Shown here: positions 43,401-55,150 of the stretch, piece by piece
Numbering within the stretch: the first letter of the stretch is position 1
Layout: each line of letters begins with the position of its first letter
Source: Sphagnum compactum
Taxonomy: Eukaryota
DNA: 64,000 nt
Direction: 5' to 3'
Assembly: GCA_965153455.1 (NCBI GenBank)
Contig: OZ234493.1
Coordinates: 17,908,213 to 17,972,212 of the forward strand
Notes under the pieces: generated by a model
The model's input: the letters and a program-made list of their open reading frames with translations, nothing else
The model's database searches: none
Told to the model about the DNA's origin: nothing
Translations under genes and position numbers: made by a program

Positions 43401-46014
43401 GTGACTACAAAAACACACAATTGGTGTATTTTTATTTAAAGGGCAAGATTTTACCATCAATTGAGAAAAAGTTTGTAGAGAGCTGGCTAAACTGTTAGAA
43501 ACTACCCCAAAACTAAAAGGCCAGTTGAAATGTGGTGAGATTTTCCCCTAATTTGTTTCGCCGAGAATTCGGCAAAATTTTTCAGGGAATTTTGGAAACA
43601 TGTTTTTACAAAAAATTATAAGAGAAAAATTCTGCCAAAAAAAAGAAACAGTGATCAGGATCAGTGTTGGGTGGTCCTTTTACTTTCACGAAAAACCAAC
43701 CTTTGGTTCTGGTTTTGAAGATCAGATTCAGGTTAACCTCAGGTTAACCGTGGTTCTAGTCACTTTTTTGGGCCCTGCCGGAGGGACTATCACATTGGAT
43801 CCAACTTTTGGAAGTATTACCTTATTAAAATCAATTTCACATTAGGTGAACCAGTTTCTTTGGTGAAAGTGTTTACACTGTATAGATTGGAATGGATTTT
43901 TTTGGAGTGGACACAGTAGGTAGATGTACAACATCTTATCTATTGGCAGAGCCAGCGTGTTTGTGATGCCTTTTTTGTTTTCAAAAAACATGTATCTTGA
44001 TCCTAGGTTTTGGTTGCAGTTCCACATGTAAATCAAACTCTCAACTGAGTTTGTAGGTCCAATTCTTTAAAAAAAATTGATTAAAGTTTCAGCTCCAAAT
44101 ATCAGACTCAGTTCCGATTCAGTTCTTACTTGCCAAAACTAAAACCGACAATTCTTGACCACCAAAGCACATACCTACCCAACATTGGGTCTTTGTGTAA
44201 TGAATTACAATTCTTGACCACCAAAGCACATACCTACTTCCCGTAGGTTGGGTCTTGTTTAATGAATTACATGTTGCAAGGGGCTTGATGCCGCTACAGG
44301 GCAAGTGCCCGACAACAAGATATTTCCTGAAATGTTTTAACTTGTGAATCAACTCACACTGATTTTTAATTTTCCACATATATAACTAACTTACAAACCT
44401 TTACCGATGTCCAACATTTAGGTAAAGGCTATTTTCCACCATGAAATATATCGTACACAGGAAAAGGCTTAAATCTGGTGACCAAGTCTTGTTCTACATT
44501 TCAGTGTAATAAGCAGAAGACTTGAATCCAATTGGCCTCATGTGCAAGAGAGAAGTTGGGAACTCTTGTTCAAACGTGTAAACACATGCATTTATTTTTT
44601 ATGTATCAAGACTCGGTCATATTACCGATCGGAATCTGTCTTGCAAAAACCATGCCAAGGCATTGGGAAAAATGCAACATTGATTGGAACCTGCCTTGCA
44701 AAGACCACAAGGCATTTCAAAAATTGGAATCTCGATCCAAATGTGTCTTGCAAAAACCGTAAGGCAATTCAAAAAATGGACGGTGTGCTTGAAGGGGCAT
44801 TTTGTCTCTCGAAATGCCTCACCTCTTTTTTCATTTGTTTCTCGTGATACCTGGCAAATATCATGGGTATCCACCAGGTATCACAAGAGAAAATGGTTTT
44901 TTTTTTTTTTTGGTCGACACTTTATGCACAGTAATGCCCTTTGGGGTTTGGCGGGGGGGGGGGGGGGGTGTGTCTCTCAATAAGTGGCCCTTGGCTCTAG
45001 CACTTGTTTATTTTTGGAATCACTCACTCTGAAGGCATTTACCCTACACTTCTTGTGGGCGATCTTTGCATGGAAGCCCTCCATAATCAATTAGGAAATT
45101 TCCTTTACATATATTGAACCCTATAGTGTAATATAGGTGCATGAGGTACCATAGTCCCCCAATAGATTTGGCAAACATATGTGGAATGATTAATATATTT
45201 TTCAAAAATTTAGCTTCAGCACTAGATTCTTGACCTTGAACATTTCAGCATAAATAATATTATTAACAAGACAAACCTCTTTGTAACAAGTGTGCTGGTA
45301 CTGTCTCAGTGTGTTTAGACCGAGTTTTCATTTCAGTACTTGAACCCATTGGCCCCAATATATAGATTAAATTTTACTAATTTTTGGCACTTTGTTTAAT
45401 TAAAGTTTCAAGAATTGATAATTTTGAAAATGATTTTTTTGATTGCCAAACCTGTTCAGGGATCATACCGTAGTATGGAGAATCAATATTACTCCATCAA
45501 GTTGCCTTGAACGAGTTAGTCCTAATCACTGTTGTGTAGTTCTTGATTTCAAAAGGAACCTTCCATCCTTCAGTTTTTCAATGGCACTTATTTGTAATCT
45601 CAGACAACAGCAGCTTGCTTGAATCACACGCCTCATGTGACTTCCATTTATAGCTAAGCTGGTAGTGTGTGTTCCTCCATCTGCTTATAAAATCTGCAGA
45701 TGCAGTAGCTGCTGCAGCTTCATGAGTTTCCTTCAGTAGTGTTTTGTTCAACTGTTTGTTGTTGCTGTTACAATCAACTAAGTTTGTTTGTTTTTTTTTT
45801 TTTGTTGTTGATGCTTTTAATTCTGCAATCAGTTTCCAAGTTTTGGTTTTTGATTTTTTCCAGAATTTGGTCGTTTGGTTGTTGTGGCAATCAGCTTCAA
45901 AGATTTCAGGTTCTGTTTTTTGAGAGCTGTCCAATATAGGCCTAGTTGGAACTTGGGGGGGATTTTGTAGACAAGCAGCATACTAGCTTGGTTTCAGCTT
46001 GAGTTTTTGCTGGG

Positions 46015-48474
46015 ATGGATCCTCAGCTTGCGGTTGCAGCTTTGGTTGCAGCGTTGGTTGCAATCGTGTTGAACGTTGCTGTGTTGTTTGCTGCTCTAGC
46101 TTTGAAGACGATTCTATCTAGTAGGAAAACAACAGCTGTGGAGAAGAAGCTTGAGTCTGACGAACCCAAGCCGACTGAGTCCGAGCCCAGGCCGTCTGAA
46201 TCCGAGCCCAAGCCGACTGAGGACAAGCCCAAGCCCAAGTCGACTGACGCAGACTGGGAATGGCCAATCTTCGATGAGTACCAATCTCGTGTAACGTGGG
46301 GGTTTGAGCGCAAGCAAAGAGGTGCAGAAGATGAGAATCAGAAGAACAAGGACAACCCATTTGAAGTAACCTACAGGAGGCAGAAGAATTGGCCTGAAGA
46401 GATGTTCGTCACTCTGTTTTCCTCGCACCTTGTTGAAATCATCACCAAATGTTTGCCCAACAATAAGCACATGACTGAATCTACCCCACGGATTTCAGGA
46501 AAAGAGCTTTTCTTGGCCATGGACACAATCCGCAACTACAAGATAGAGGAGAAATCCGAGACTGCGGTGGCCACTGCAAAGCTCGAAGAATCCGAGAAAA
46601 ATGCCACTGCCACCGGCGCAGAGAAGCTCGAGGAATCCGAGAAGTCCGCTACCACTGCAACGAAGCTCGAGGAATCCGAGAACTCTGCTGCCACTGCAAA
46701 GAAGCTCGAGGAGCCAGAGAACTCCGCCACCATTGCAAAGCTCTATGTAGACCACTTGTTGCGGTTTCTGGAGAAGGAATTTAAAGACACAAAAGTCCAG
46801 TACGAGCGCATGAAGCAAGAAGGCAACACCTCGTGGGCGATGTTGTGGGCATTTCTACCGCCGGGCGAGAAAGTGTACTATCATTGCCAATTATCTGGTC
46901 AACAATTGTGTGGGATTGTTCATTTCCGGCATTACGCCCAATTGCCAGACGGCAAGGCACTCTTGCTGGAGCTCGACGTGATGGACTACAACGGCCGGAG
47001 CTACCGTGCTTGCAAGGTCATGCGACAAATTGGAGAGTTCCAAGTTGAGCGCTCCTTTGATTCTCTCGGCGTTTGTCCCTTGCGTTTTGCGAAGCAACGT
47101 GAGCGAATGGAAGCTGCATTTCTTGCAAATGGTAAGCGCTTCTACGAGTTGTCTGTGAAGGCGAATAACTTCATGCATTATGAAGGGCCAGTCCTTCGTC
47201 TTGAGTTCATCCCTGGCACCAGTTGCCGTCGCGTTGCCAAGCACAACGCTGATGGCAGAGTCATGATCGACATATGGAGCTTTGCTCGGATGAATCCCGA
47301 TTACGAAATGGGAAATGCCAATCCGCCAACTGCTTGTGATCTCATGTGTGACTTGCAAGACTCCGACAGTCTGCCGGATTACGAAATGGGAATTCCCAAT
47401 TCGCCAACTGCTTGTGATCTCATGTGTGACTTGCAAGTCTCCGACAATCTGCCGGATGACGAAAGCTTAATGCTTGCTCCTGCAATCGTCTATGGCTTCG
47501 CTTTCAGCATCAAGCAATGGGGATGCTTTGCAGTCACGGGTTTCAGTGAAATCTCGTTTGATGATCATGCTTTTGATCGCCACCTAGTGATGAGTGACGA
47601 GGTCCAGAAAAAAATGCTGCTTTGCCTTGTCTCGCAGTATCTCCACGACCCACCAGAAGCTGAAAACGTGGGGAGAAACAACAACGCAAAGGCTGTCGTT
47701 GTGCCATCGATCGATCCCATTTCCAACAAGGGCGAGGGCTGCATCTTCTTGTGCTACGGCCCCCCAGGAACCGGTAAGACTCTTACTGCCGAGTCTGTTG
47801 CCGAGAAGCTGCATCGCCCTCTTTGGGCTGTAAGTGCTTCGGAGCTGAGCTTCGAGGTCGACCAACTGGAACAAAAGCTAGTCCAAATCTTGGAAATTGC
47901 ATCTTCTTGGCGTGCGGTTCTCTTGTTGGATGAAGCAGACATCTACTTAGAGAAGCGCGCTTCGGCCGGTGATCCGAAACGCAACGCCATGACTGGCATC
48001 TTCCTTCGTCTTCTGGAATACTACAAAGGCGTCCTCTTCCTCACCACAAACCGTGTCGACACTTTTGATGACGCCTTCTGCTCAAGAATCTCCATGTTCA
48101 TCCGCTACCATCGCCTAACACATTCCCACAGGGCCAAGATATGGGAGACCTTACTATCTCGTGTTGGTGTCACTGATGTCAATTTGGACATGTTCGCAGT
48201 TCATGAGCTGAACGGCCGCGAGATCCGCAACACCATCCGCACTGCTCATACATGGGCCACCAGTTCCAAGCAGCCATTAACCGCACAGCATATACTAAGC
48301 GTGGTGAAGATGCTCCACGACTTCCGCGAGGATCTGCAAGACGCTGTACTAGAAGAATCACAAGTCGACCATCCCTTCTCGTCGGAGCCAGCCACACTCC
48401 AGCAACAGCAACCTGCAATCCTCAGCAACGGCAACAACCCTGCCTCAAATGGGGACATGAGCTCCAAACCCTAA
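46015..48474 (+). CDS. Membrane-anchored AAA+ ATPase, paralog 3 (819 aa, intronless)
   Basis: Long ORF. Hydrophobic N-terminus (LAVAALVAALVAIVLNVAVLFAALAL), Walker A at 47758-47781, Walker B VLLLDEAD, LTTNR, SRI. Closest to paralog 1. Confidence 0.92.
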   Translation: MDPQLAVAALVAALVAIVLNVAVLFAALALKTILSSRKTTAVEKKLESDEPKPTESEPRPSESEPKPTEDKPKPKSTDADWEWPIFDEYQSRVTWGFERKQRGAEDENQKNKDNPFEVTYRRQKNWPEEMFVTLFSSHLVEIITKCLPNNKHMTESTPRISGKELFLAMDTIRNYKIEEKSETAVATAKLEESEKNATATGAEKLEESEKSATTATKLEESENSAATAKKLEEPENSATIAKLYVDHLLRFLEKEFKDTKVQYERMKQEGNTSWAMLWAFLPPGEKVYYHCQLSGQQLCGIVHFRHYAQLPDGKALLLELDVMDYNGRSYRACKVMRQIGEFQVERSFDSLGVCPLRFAKQRERMEAAFLANGKRFYELSVKANNFMHYEGPVLRLEFIPGTSCRRVAKHNADGRVMIDIWSFARMNPDYEMGNANPPTACDLMCDLQDSDSLPDYEMGIPNSPTACDLMCDLQVSDNLPDDESLMLAPAIVYGFAFSIKQWGCFAVTGFSEISFDDHAFDRHLVMSDEVQKKMLLCLVSQYLHDPPEAENVGRNNNAKAVVVPSIDPISNKGEGCIFLCYGPPGTGKTLTAESVAEKLHRPLWAVSASELSFEVDQLEQKLVQILEIASSWRAVLLLDEADIYLEKRASAGDPKRNAMTGIFLRLLEYYKGVLFLTTNRVDTFDDAFCSRISMFIRYHRLTHSHRAKIWETLLSRVGVTDVNLDMFAVHELNGREIRNTIRTAHTWATSSKQPLTAQHILSVVKMLHDFREDLQDAVLEESQVDHPFSSEPATLQQQQPAILSNGNNPASNGDMSSKP

Positions 48475-51400
48475 ATTTTCATGAACCCTAATTTCGTAGC
48501 CTCCAGAGCAAGCTGTTAATTAGACCATTGAGTTTACTCAACTCTAGTTAACTTGTAAAGGACACTTATTCCTGGATTAGTGGCTTATTACTACAGGGGG
48601 TGTTTTTTTTCCCCTCAATTTTGTGATGTGGCATTATTGGCAATCATCTGTAAGACAAGAAAGCCAAATTCTGGCTACAAAAAAAATATGAAAGTAAGAA
48701 AAATTATTCATCCTTTATATTGTTGGCTACTTCTTAGATCCTGATATGCAATCTAGTATTTTTTAAAAAACATTTAAATTTAAAAAAAAGAATCGATGAT
48801 TGAACATCCCAAAAAATTCATTTTTTGCATTTCTGAAAAAAAAATGTCAAGTAGTGAAACTTGCCCTCAAAACAACAGTGATTACAAGAAGTCAGTGAAT
48901 ACCATAAGAGGAGGAAATAAATATATATTACATAGCTCCAAACTCCAAGCCCTAATTCTTAAAGCTTGTCAAAACAAAGTTACGAATCCAACTAGATGTT
49001 TACCCTCAACTCTAGTTAAGGACACTTTAGGTATGTACACATAATTCTCGGATTAGTGGTTTGTTAGAAATCACTGGAATTGTACACTGGCAAATGCTAT
49101 ACATATTGGTTGTAACTAATGAGCTTCACCTCGAGTCTAAGCTTTTCTCTAGGGTTGAGCAAACCCTAAACCCATATGCATTGACATCAATTTGTTTGAT
49201 TTATTAACAAACATTGGAAGATGAGTAGGGTTGTCTGCCCTATGACCGAACATCACTTATGACTGAATATTTTATTAATATCTTCCTCATCACTTCTTCA
49301 TTTTGAGTGATTTAAAATGTTATGGGAGCACTAACTTGAGCTTTTCAATTTGTCAAAGGAGTAATTATAGAAGAGCAAGAAGAGAAATAAGCTTTTCCAA
49401 GTTATAAAATACGTTTTTTCCTTTTTTTTTTCTTCTTCCCCACTCTTCTACCCTTCTTATTTTCAATGCTCATAACTTTCTCATTTCTTGATCAATTTAA
49501 GCGATTTAAAGTGCTATAAGAGCGCAACCTACAAATCAAATTTCAACCATAAAGGAAACAGAGCGACTTTTAAAGACTTGTTTGGGAGTTTGATAATAGT
49601 CTTCGAAGTGTGCAATGTGGTTTTTCGTTTCCACCATTTGAACCCCACCCCCCACCCCCCCCCCCCCCACCTTCCTTACTTTGAAGGGTCACACATCTGA
49701 CTCATTTCTTCATCTTTTTCAACGATTCAACATTCCGTGGGTGCACAAATAGTTCCTCTGTGGGCATGAAATTCAAAGGAGCACTCTCCAAAAATTCGTA
49801 GACCTCTGAGACACGAAGTGTTAGGTGACCGGCCTGGCTATCCTACCAAATTTTTTTTTCCACAATTGGACAAAAAGGTTCCAATATAATGTTAATAATA
49901 GTACACATCCACCTTGCTATCTATCTCCGATTTTTTCCCTACACCTGTTACATGGTTCTCAAACCATTCCTGATCTTTTTCTCTACACTTGTTATGTGGT
50001 TCTTAAACCACGATCCTTTGGAGGTTATTCAACCACGTTATGTTATCAACGTGTAAGTCCTTCTTCATTAGTCACATAAATGAGCATTTTACTTTAGTTT
50101 TTTCTATTTTTTTAGGCTGTTATTTTCTATTTTTTGCACTTTCCCTTTGGATATTTCTTTCGGTCTTCTGGAACCATTTCTGTGTAGTAGTAGTACCAGA
50201 TTCAATCTTAATATTGAATGCCCATTTTTTCACATATAATAATATCAGATACAAAATGTAAGGAAATGTAGTTCTAAAAGTGGGACCAAAACTATTTAAG
50301 AACTGAGGGCGGACAAGGGCATATAATGCCATGACAGTTGGGCCTTCCCCAGTGTAACAACCGAGCACCAACCGCTGAGATGCAGTGATTGCATGGAAGT
50401 GAATGGTTCACATTGCCTTCCAACAAATAGCACTTCCAAGAAATCTCCCACTCTGAAGATGATCCCTTTTGGAAGTGCACCACTCTAAAAGGTCATTCCG
50501 CAGAGGGAGTATGCCCACAATTACTGTAAGCACCTTGCCAGCTCCAACACTAATATATTATTTATAAAACTGTTTGAAATTTCCTGAAAAATCATTTTTT
50601 TCACAGAAAATGTTTTTTTTGGGAAAGAAAATAAGCATTCTTTAAGAATACTCGCAAATATTCCTCAGCATGGAAGTTTCAAAACTAATTAACATGGAAT
50701 ATTCAAAAGTAATTAACTATTTGACAAGCATGTGTTGAAGCTGCCCTTGCACTATAGTATAATAGAGGGTGCCAAAGTGCCAACAAGTTCGTTTTTAGGC
50801 CCAATAGGTAATTTGATTCTGGGTTCTCTTCCCCCAAGTGTTTCAAAACTAAATTTTGTTTATTTATTTGAGTTCTTATGAAAGGGTTCAAAGTTCAAAA
50901 CATATACCCATTTTTTAAAATTTGTGTTCTCACAAGTGTTTGAAAACTAACCCAACTTTTTTTGATTTGGGTTTGAGGAAGGAAAATCTGGTTTCAAAAT
51001 TTCTGATTCTTACTAGTAGTGTGTGTTATTTTCCAGGCGAATTTTCACCAAATCGTGGAATTTATTTCAAAATGGTGAACAATACGTGTTTTTGGGGGTC
51101 TTTTAGTCACCAAATTTTGAAGAAACCTATTTTTAAAAATCGCCATATTCTATATTAAGAAGTTCTAGTACATAGCCAAAAATATAGAAGATTATTTAAG
51201 TTTTTTCTTTCTTTTGTATTTTTATAACCAAATCTAACTAAATTGTCTTATGGATGATCATCACACTTTGACTACATCATAACCATTAAAATGATAATAA
51301 TAATAATAAATTTCCTAGTATATTTTTAAATATTAAAAAGAAAAATATACATGTTGAAACATAGGGGAAAAAAATCCAAAACCTATTACTAATAATCAAT

Positions 51401-53102
51401 ATATTTTGTGGAAATATTTCTATTTTCCATAAATATGGGTTTGACAACCCCAATCCAAACATTCCAAATATTCAAGTATTATGTTAAATTACTTATAGTC
51501 AATAAGCAGTAGTGAACCTCATAAAAAAGAACAAATAACCTCAAATTTTTGGATCTCATTTTCATGGTGGAAACGGTGGAGCTTCTTTGGCATAACCTAA
51601 GCTCAAAAAAATTTCATGGGTGGGATGGGTCTTCTTGTCTTTCCAAGTTTGCTTACAAGTTTTGTTTGCACTTCAACTTTCAAATTGATATCCAACAAAA
51701 TAACAATGAAGTTGCCTTAAACTCAACTTGAATCCTAGCAATCCCAAACCAATTTTGAGTTTGAGTTGTTGTGACCCAAGTTGAAATTGCATTGTGATTG
51801 GAGATTGTGGAGACTTGTGCAAGTGGTTCTTGTTATTGCTAGAGTGTGGCCAATGTCAAGGAGGACAAATGATCTTCCTCTTATTATTCTTTCAATACAA
51901 CATCTTATAAATTTATTGTAAATTGTGGTAAAAATTTTGAAGCATTTTTAACACCTTTAGTATATGCTTAATGGTGAAAGGTTCCTTGTAATTGGTGCGT
52001 GAGCAATTAAAACGGAGTTATGGCTTTTGTGATTGTTTAGCTCATGAGTTGCAAACATGTCCAAGTTCTTGGCATTGTGAACTTCAACTCTACACAAACA
52101 AGGTCCCCCAGACATTGGCCATGTGGGAATGTAATAAGTGATGGTAATGGACGAACATGGAGATTCTTGAATGGTTACATAGGTAGTTCCTAGTAACCTA
52201 GGTAATGCGCAAGGGAGAAGGAAGAGGGTTTACAAGATTAAGTGAAAATCTAGGTGGCATCTTAGGTGGCACCCAATGTTAAATGGGCGATTATTTAATA
52301 TTAAGTGAATGTTAAACTTAACATAAAATCTTTGTGGTAAATAGGTTTAGGTTCTAAATGACTAGCTTGATGTTAGGGGAACTTAATACTGGAGTCCTTA
52401 ACACCAAGTGTGAATGCACCTATAGAGAGTATTAATTAGGTATAGTAGAGTTATAGCTAGGTCTTCAGCTGTCAGCTACAAATTGGTTCTCAGTTCAAGT
52501 TGTATACCAAAATATCTTGGTTCTGGGCAGAGCAATAAAAGACCGATTTCAAATGTTAGGCTATAAAACTTAAGTATGAGCTTTTTGGTTTGGCATCACC
52601 ACTTTCTCTCTTGTTAGGGGAGAATCAATGGACAACTTTTGAACTGTAACAATGTGGCAAGATGGGTCTTTGTCTTCATCCCAAAGAAAGAAAAGCATTT
52701 TCATTCAAATCATGAGGTAAACACCCCAATATGAGCTTTTAATAATAGGTATCTTTTCATTTGGATCTTGATGTTTATTGGGGGGTGTTGAGTTGTGGCT
52801 TATTGGTTGCTTCAAGTCAGTTAATTTTCTTTCCACATCCCTGTAATGTGTTCCCAAAAATGAAGTTCAGCAAGTTCACAATCCACAATAACAATGGAAA
52901 AAACAATAATGCCAAAATTGAAAACATGAATTCCAAACCCCAATTGTAAATTATTAGTTGAATTATGAATTCATCAACCAAGTCTAATTAATTATACTTA
53001 TTTTCAAGTTACACATTTAAATTCTAAATTCTAAATTTAAATAAACTTTATTATCTCATTCGTCCAAACTGGATGGTTTAAGATGGTTCCACGCAAATGA
53101 AT

Positions 53103-53985
53103 TGTCGCAACCTTAGCCTTGGGCTCGCGATCAAAGCAAAGGCTTACAAGGTGGCATGCCAAGAGAGGAAGCCCGGGAGTGAAAGAAAATGTGAAGGAAT
53201 GAACCCTCACACTTTTAAGGGAGCTTCCACTTTGGGGAGTTGGAGTCTCGAATCTTCAAAGGGCGATTGCAGGGGTCAAAACTCCATGGATTGAGGAGTT
53301 CCTTATATCATTGGAAAGCTCTCGAAATGTAGATGTCTAAAATGGCTTGCATGACTTAGTTGGATATTTCAAACACAAGTTATGGCTAAAAGAAGGGTCG
53401 GGAGTCAAATTGACAATTTGACTCCCGACCACTAAAAGTCAAGAATCGACCCAATTTACTTGCATGAAGGTAGCGTGCTACATACCGTTGGAAAGCTCTA
53501 GACAAAGGCTACAACTTTGCTTTAGACCTCATCTCAATCAGAGGTTTTCACGCAAAGTCATGGGGCCCCAAAGCCGCGGGAGTCCCAACTTTGGCAATTT
53601 CGGGACTCTCATTTGGGATCCCGGGACAAAATGCCATTTGAATGTGGGCTTCATGGAGAGGCACAGAGTATACTATAAGGGGAAAGGTGGTGGCTTCCCC
53701 CAAGTCCAGGCCGTGGTGAGTCTTGTGAGTCTGAGTTTGCCCGTAGTTCGTCCTAGCACCAAAAGTGCTTCAACTATGCACTAACCAACTTGTTGTTTGG
53801 TTTTGTGCAGATCCGTGTGAGTGATTAAGTGCTTGTCATTCTTCTTAATCCCATCCCGGAGCTCCAGCACGCCCCTCTACCCCCAAAGTGCTGCAAGCCA
53901 AGGAACGTGCCCTGACTCCTTGTTCTTTCATTGTTTTCAGTTTAAATTCACATTTGAGTCTATTAAGGAGCTTGTGGGTGCGTCA
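53103..53985 (+). mobile_element. Solo LTR, 883 bp
   Basis: Starts TGTCGCAACC and ends GCGTCA (TG...CA). Perfect 5-bp TSD TGAAT at 53098-53102 and 53986-53990. GC-richer than the flanks. Confidence 0.85.
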
Positions 53986-54369
53986 TGAATTGTAGTTTGT
54001 AACACGACATAATGTGAAATTTTCAAAAAAAAAAATTGAATTTAGGTAGGTAGGTAGTAGGTAGGTAGATTGATTTATTTATTAATTTTGAATTTATCTT
54101 TTAAATCAAAAAATTTAATCGATTCATCCTAAATAACATTTTATTTTTAATGTTGTTTGTGTGTTTTCAATGTTTCAAAAGCAGCTCCTTGATTATATAG
54201 TTTACAAGATTGAAATGAAGGAAAAACATAAGATATATTTTACAATCACAACCCAATCACAAACTAAATTATAACTAAGTTGCAACTTTAAAAAATCCCA
54301 TCATTTTTTTTTCCTCAATGTTGTAAACTATATAATTAGGTGTGCACAATAAACTTTTTAATCCCAAAT

Positions 54370-55150
54370 TAAAATAAAATCCTTTTAAACTAACTACCTA
54401 CCTACCTATTTTAAACCTATTTTACTAACTATCTACCTATTTAGTTAACTTATGTATATATTCAAGCTACCCACCTAACCTATTGAATTATTTCATAACA
54501 TAACAACCTAATTAACATATACACATATATAATTATCCTAATTAATTTAAAGTACTACCTACCAACTAGTGATTAGCCTAACCTATTGTTTATTAACCTA
54601 ATTTACTACCTATTAATTAGCCTAGCTTCCTAATTAAAGTAATATACATCACATTTTGATTAAGTCCACATGGCATTTATGTTTAAACAAAATTGCCACA
54701 TGGGACTTAGGTTAAACCTTGGTTAAACTATTATTTGGCTAAACATTGGTTTTAAATTTTTTAATTAAACCTTAGTTAATTTTTTATTAAATTAAAAAAA
54801 ACTTAATTCAACTTGGTCAAAATTTGGCAAAACTAGAAGTTGATGAAACCTTGGCTAAACAAAAACTTGATTAAAGACTAGTTTAAAACTTAGTTAAACT
54901 TGGCAAAATTAAGATTTGGTGAAACTTTGGCTAAACAAAAACTTGATTAAATTAAGAATTTGACTAAGCCTTGGCTAAACCTTGGCTAAACTAAATCTTC
55001 ATTAAATGTTTTCTAAAACTTGGTTAAATTTTAGTTAAATTAAAACTTGGCTAAGTTACATTAAAATTTTGCTAATGTTAGGTAATGGTTAATCTTTGGT
55101 TAAATCTTGGTTAAAGTTTGGTTAATATTTGACCCCTTTGGTTTAGCCAT
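54370..55150. repeat. Low-complexity motif arrays (tacctac.., then ttgg(c/t)taaa), probably transposon subterminal repeats
   Basis: Many ttggctaaac / ttggttaaa motifs at 54710-55130; tacc/taacc motifs at 54390-54620. Confidence 0.6.

Larger units (their letters stand above)
30056..45570 (-). repeat. Right arm of large inverted segmental duplication (partner 5263-17000); 36409-44132 has no counterpart in the left arm
   Basis: Reverse-complement similarity begins at atggtcatgtagg (30056, matching 17000) and ends at ggaaccttccatcctt (45570, matching 5263). Confidence 0.95.

Noticed and set aside
36409-44132. LTR retrotransposon insertion (block starts TGTTGG, flanked by CCAA)
   Set aside because: No terminal CA or second LTR, and the hAT reading frame continues across the left boundary
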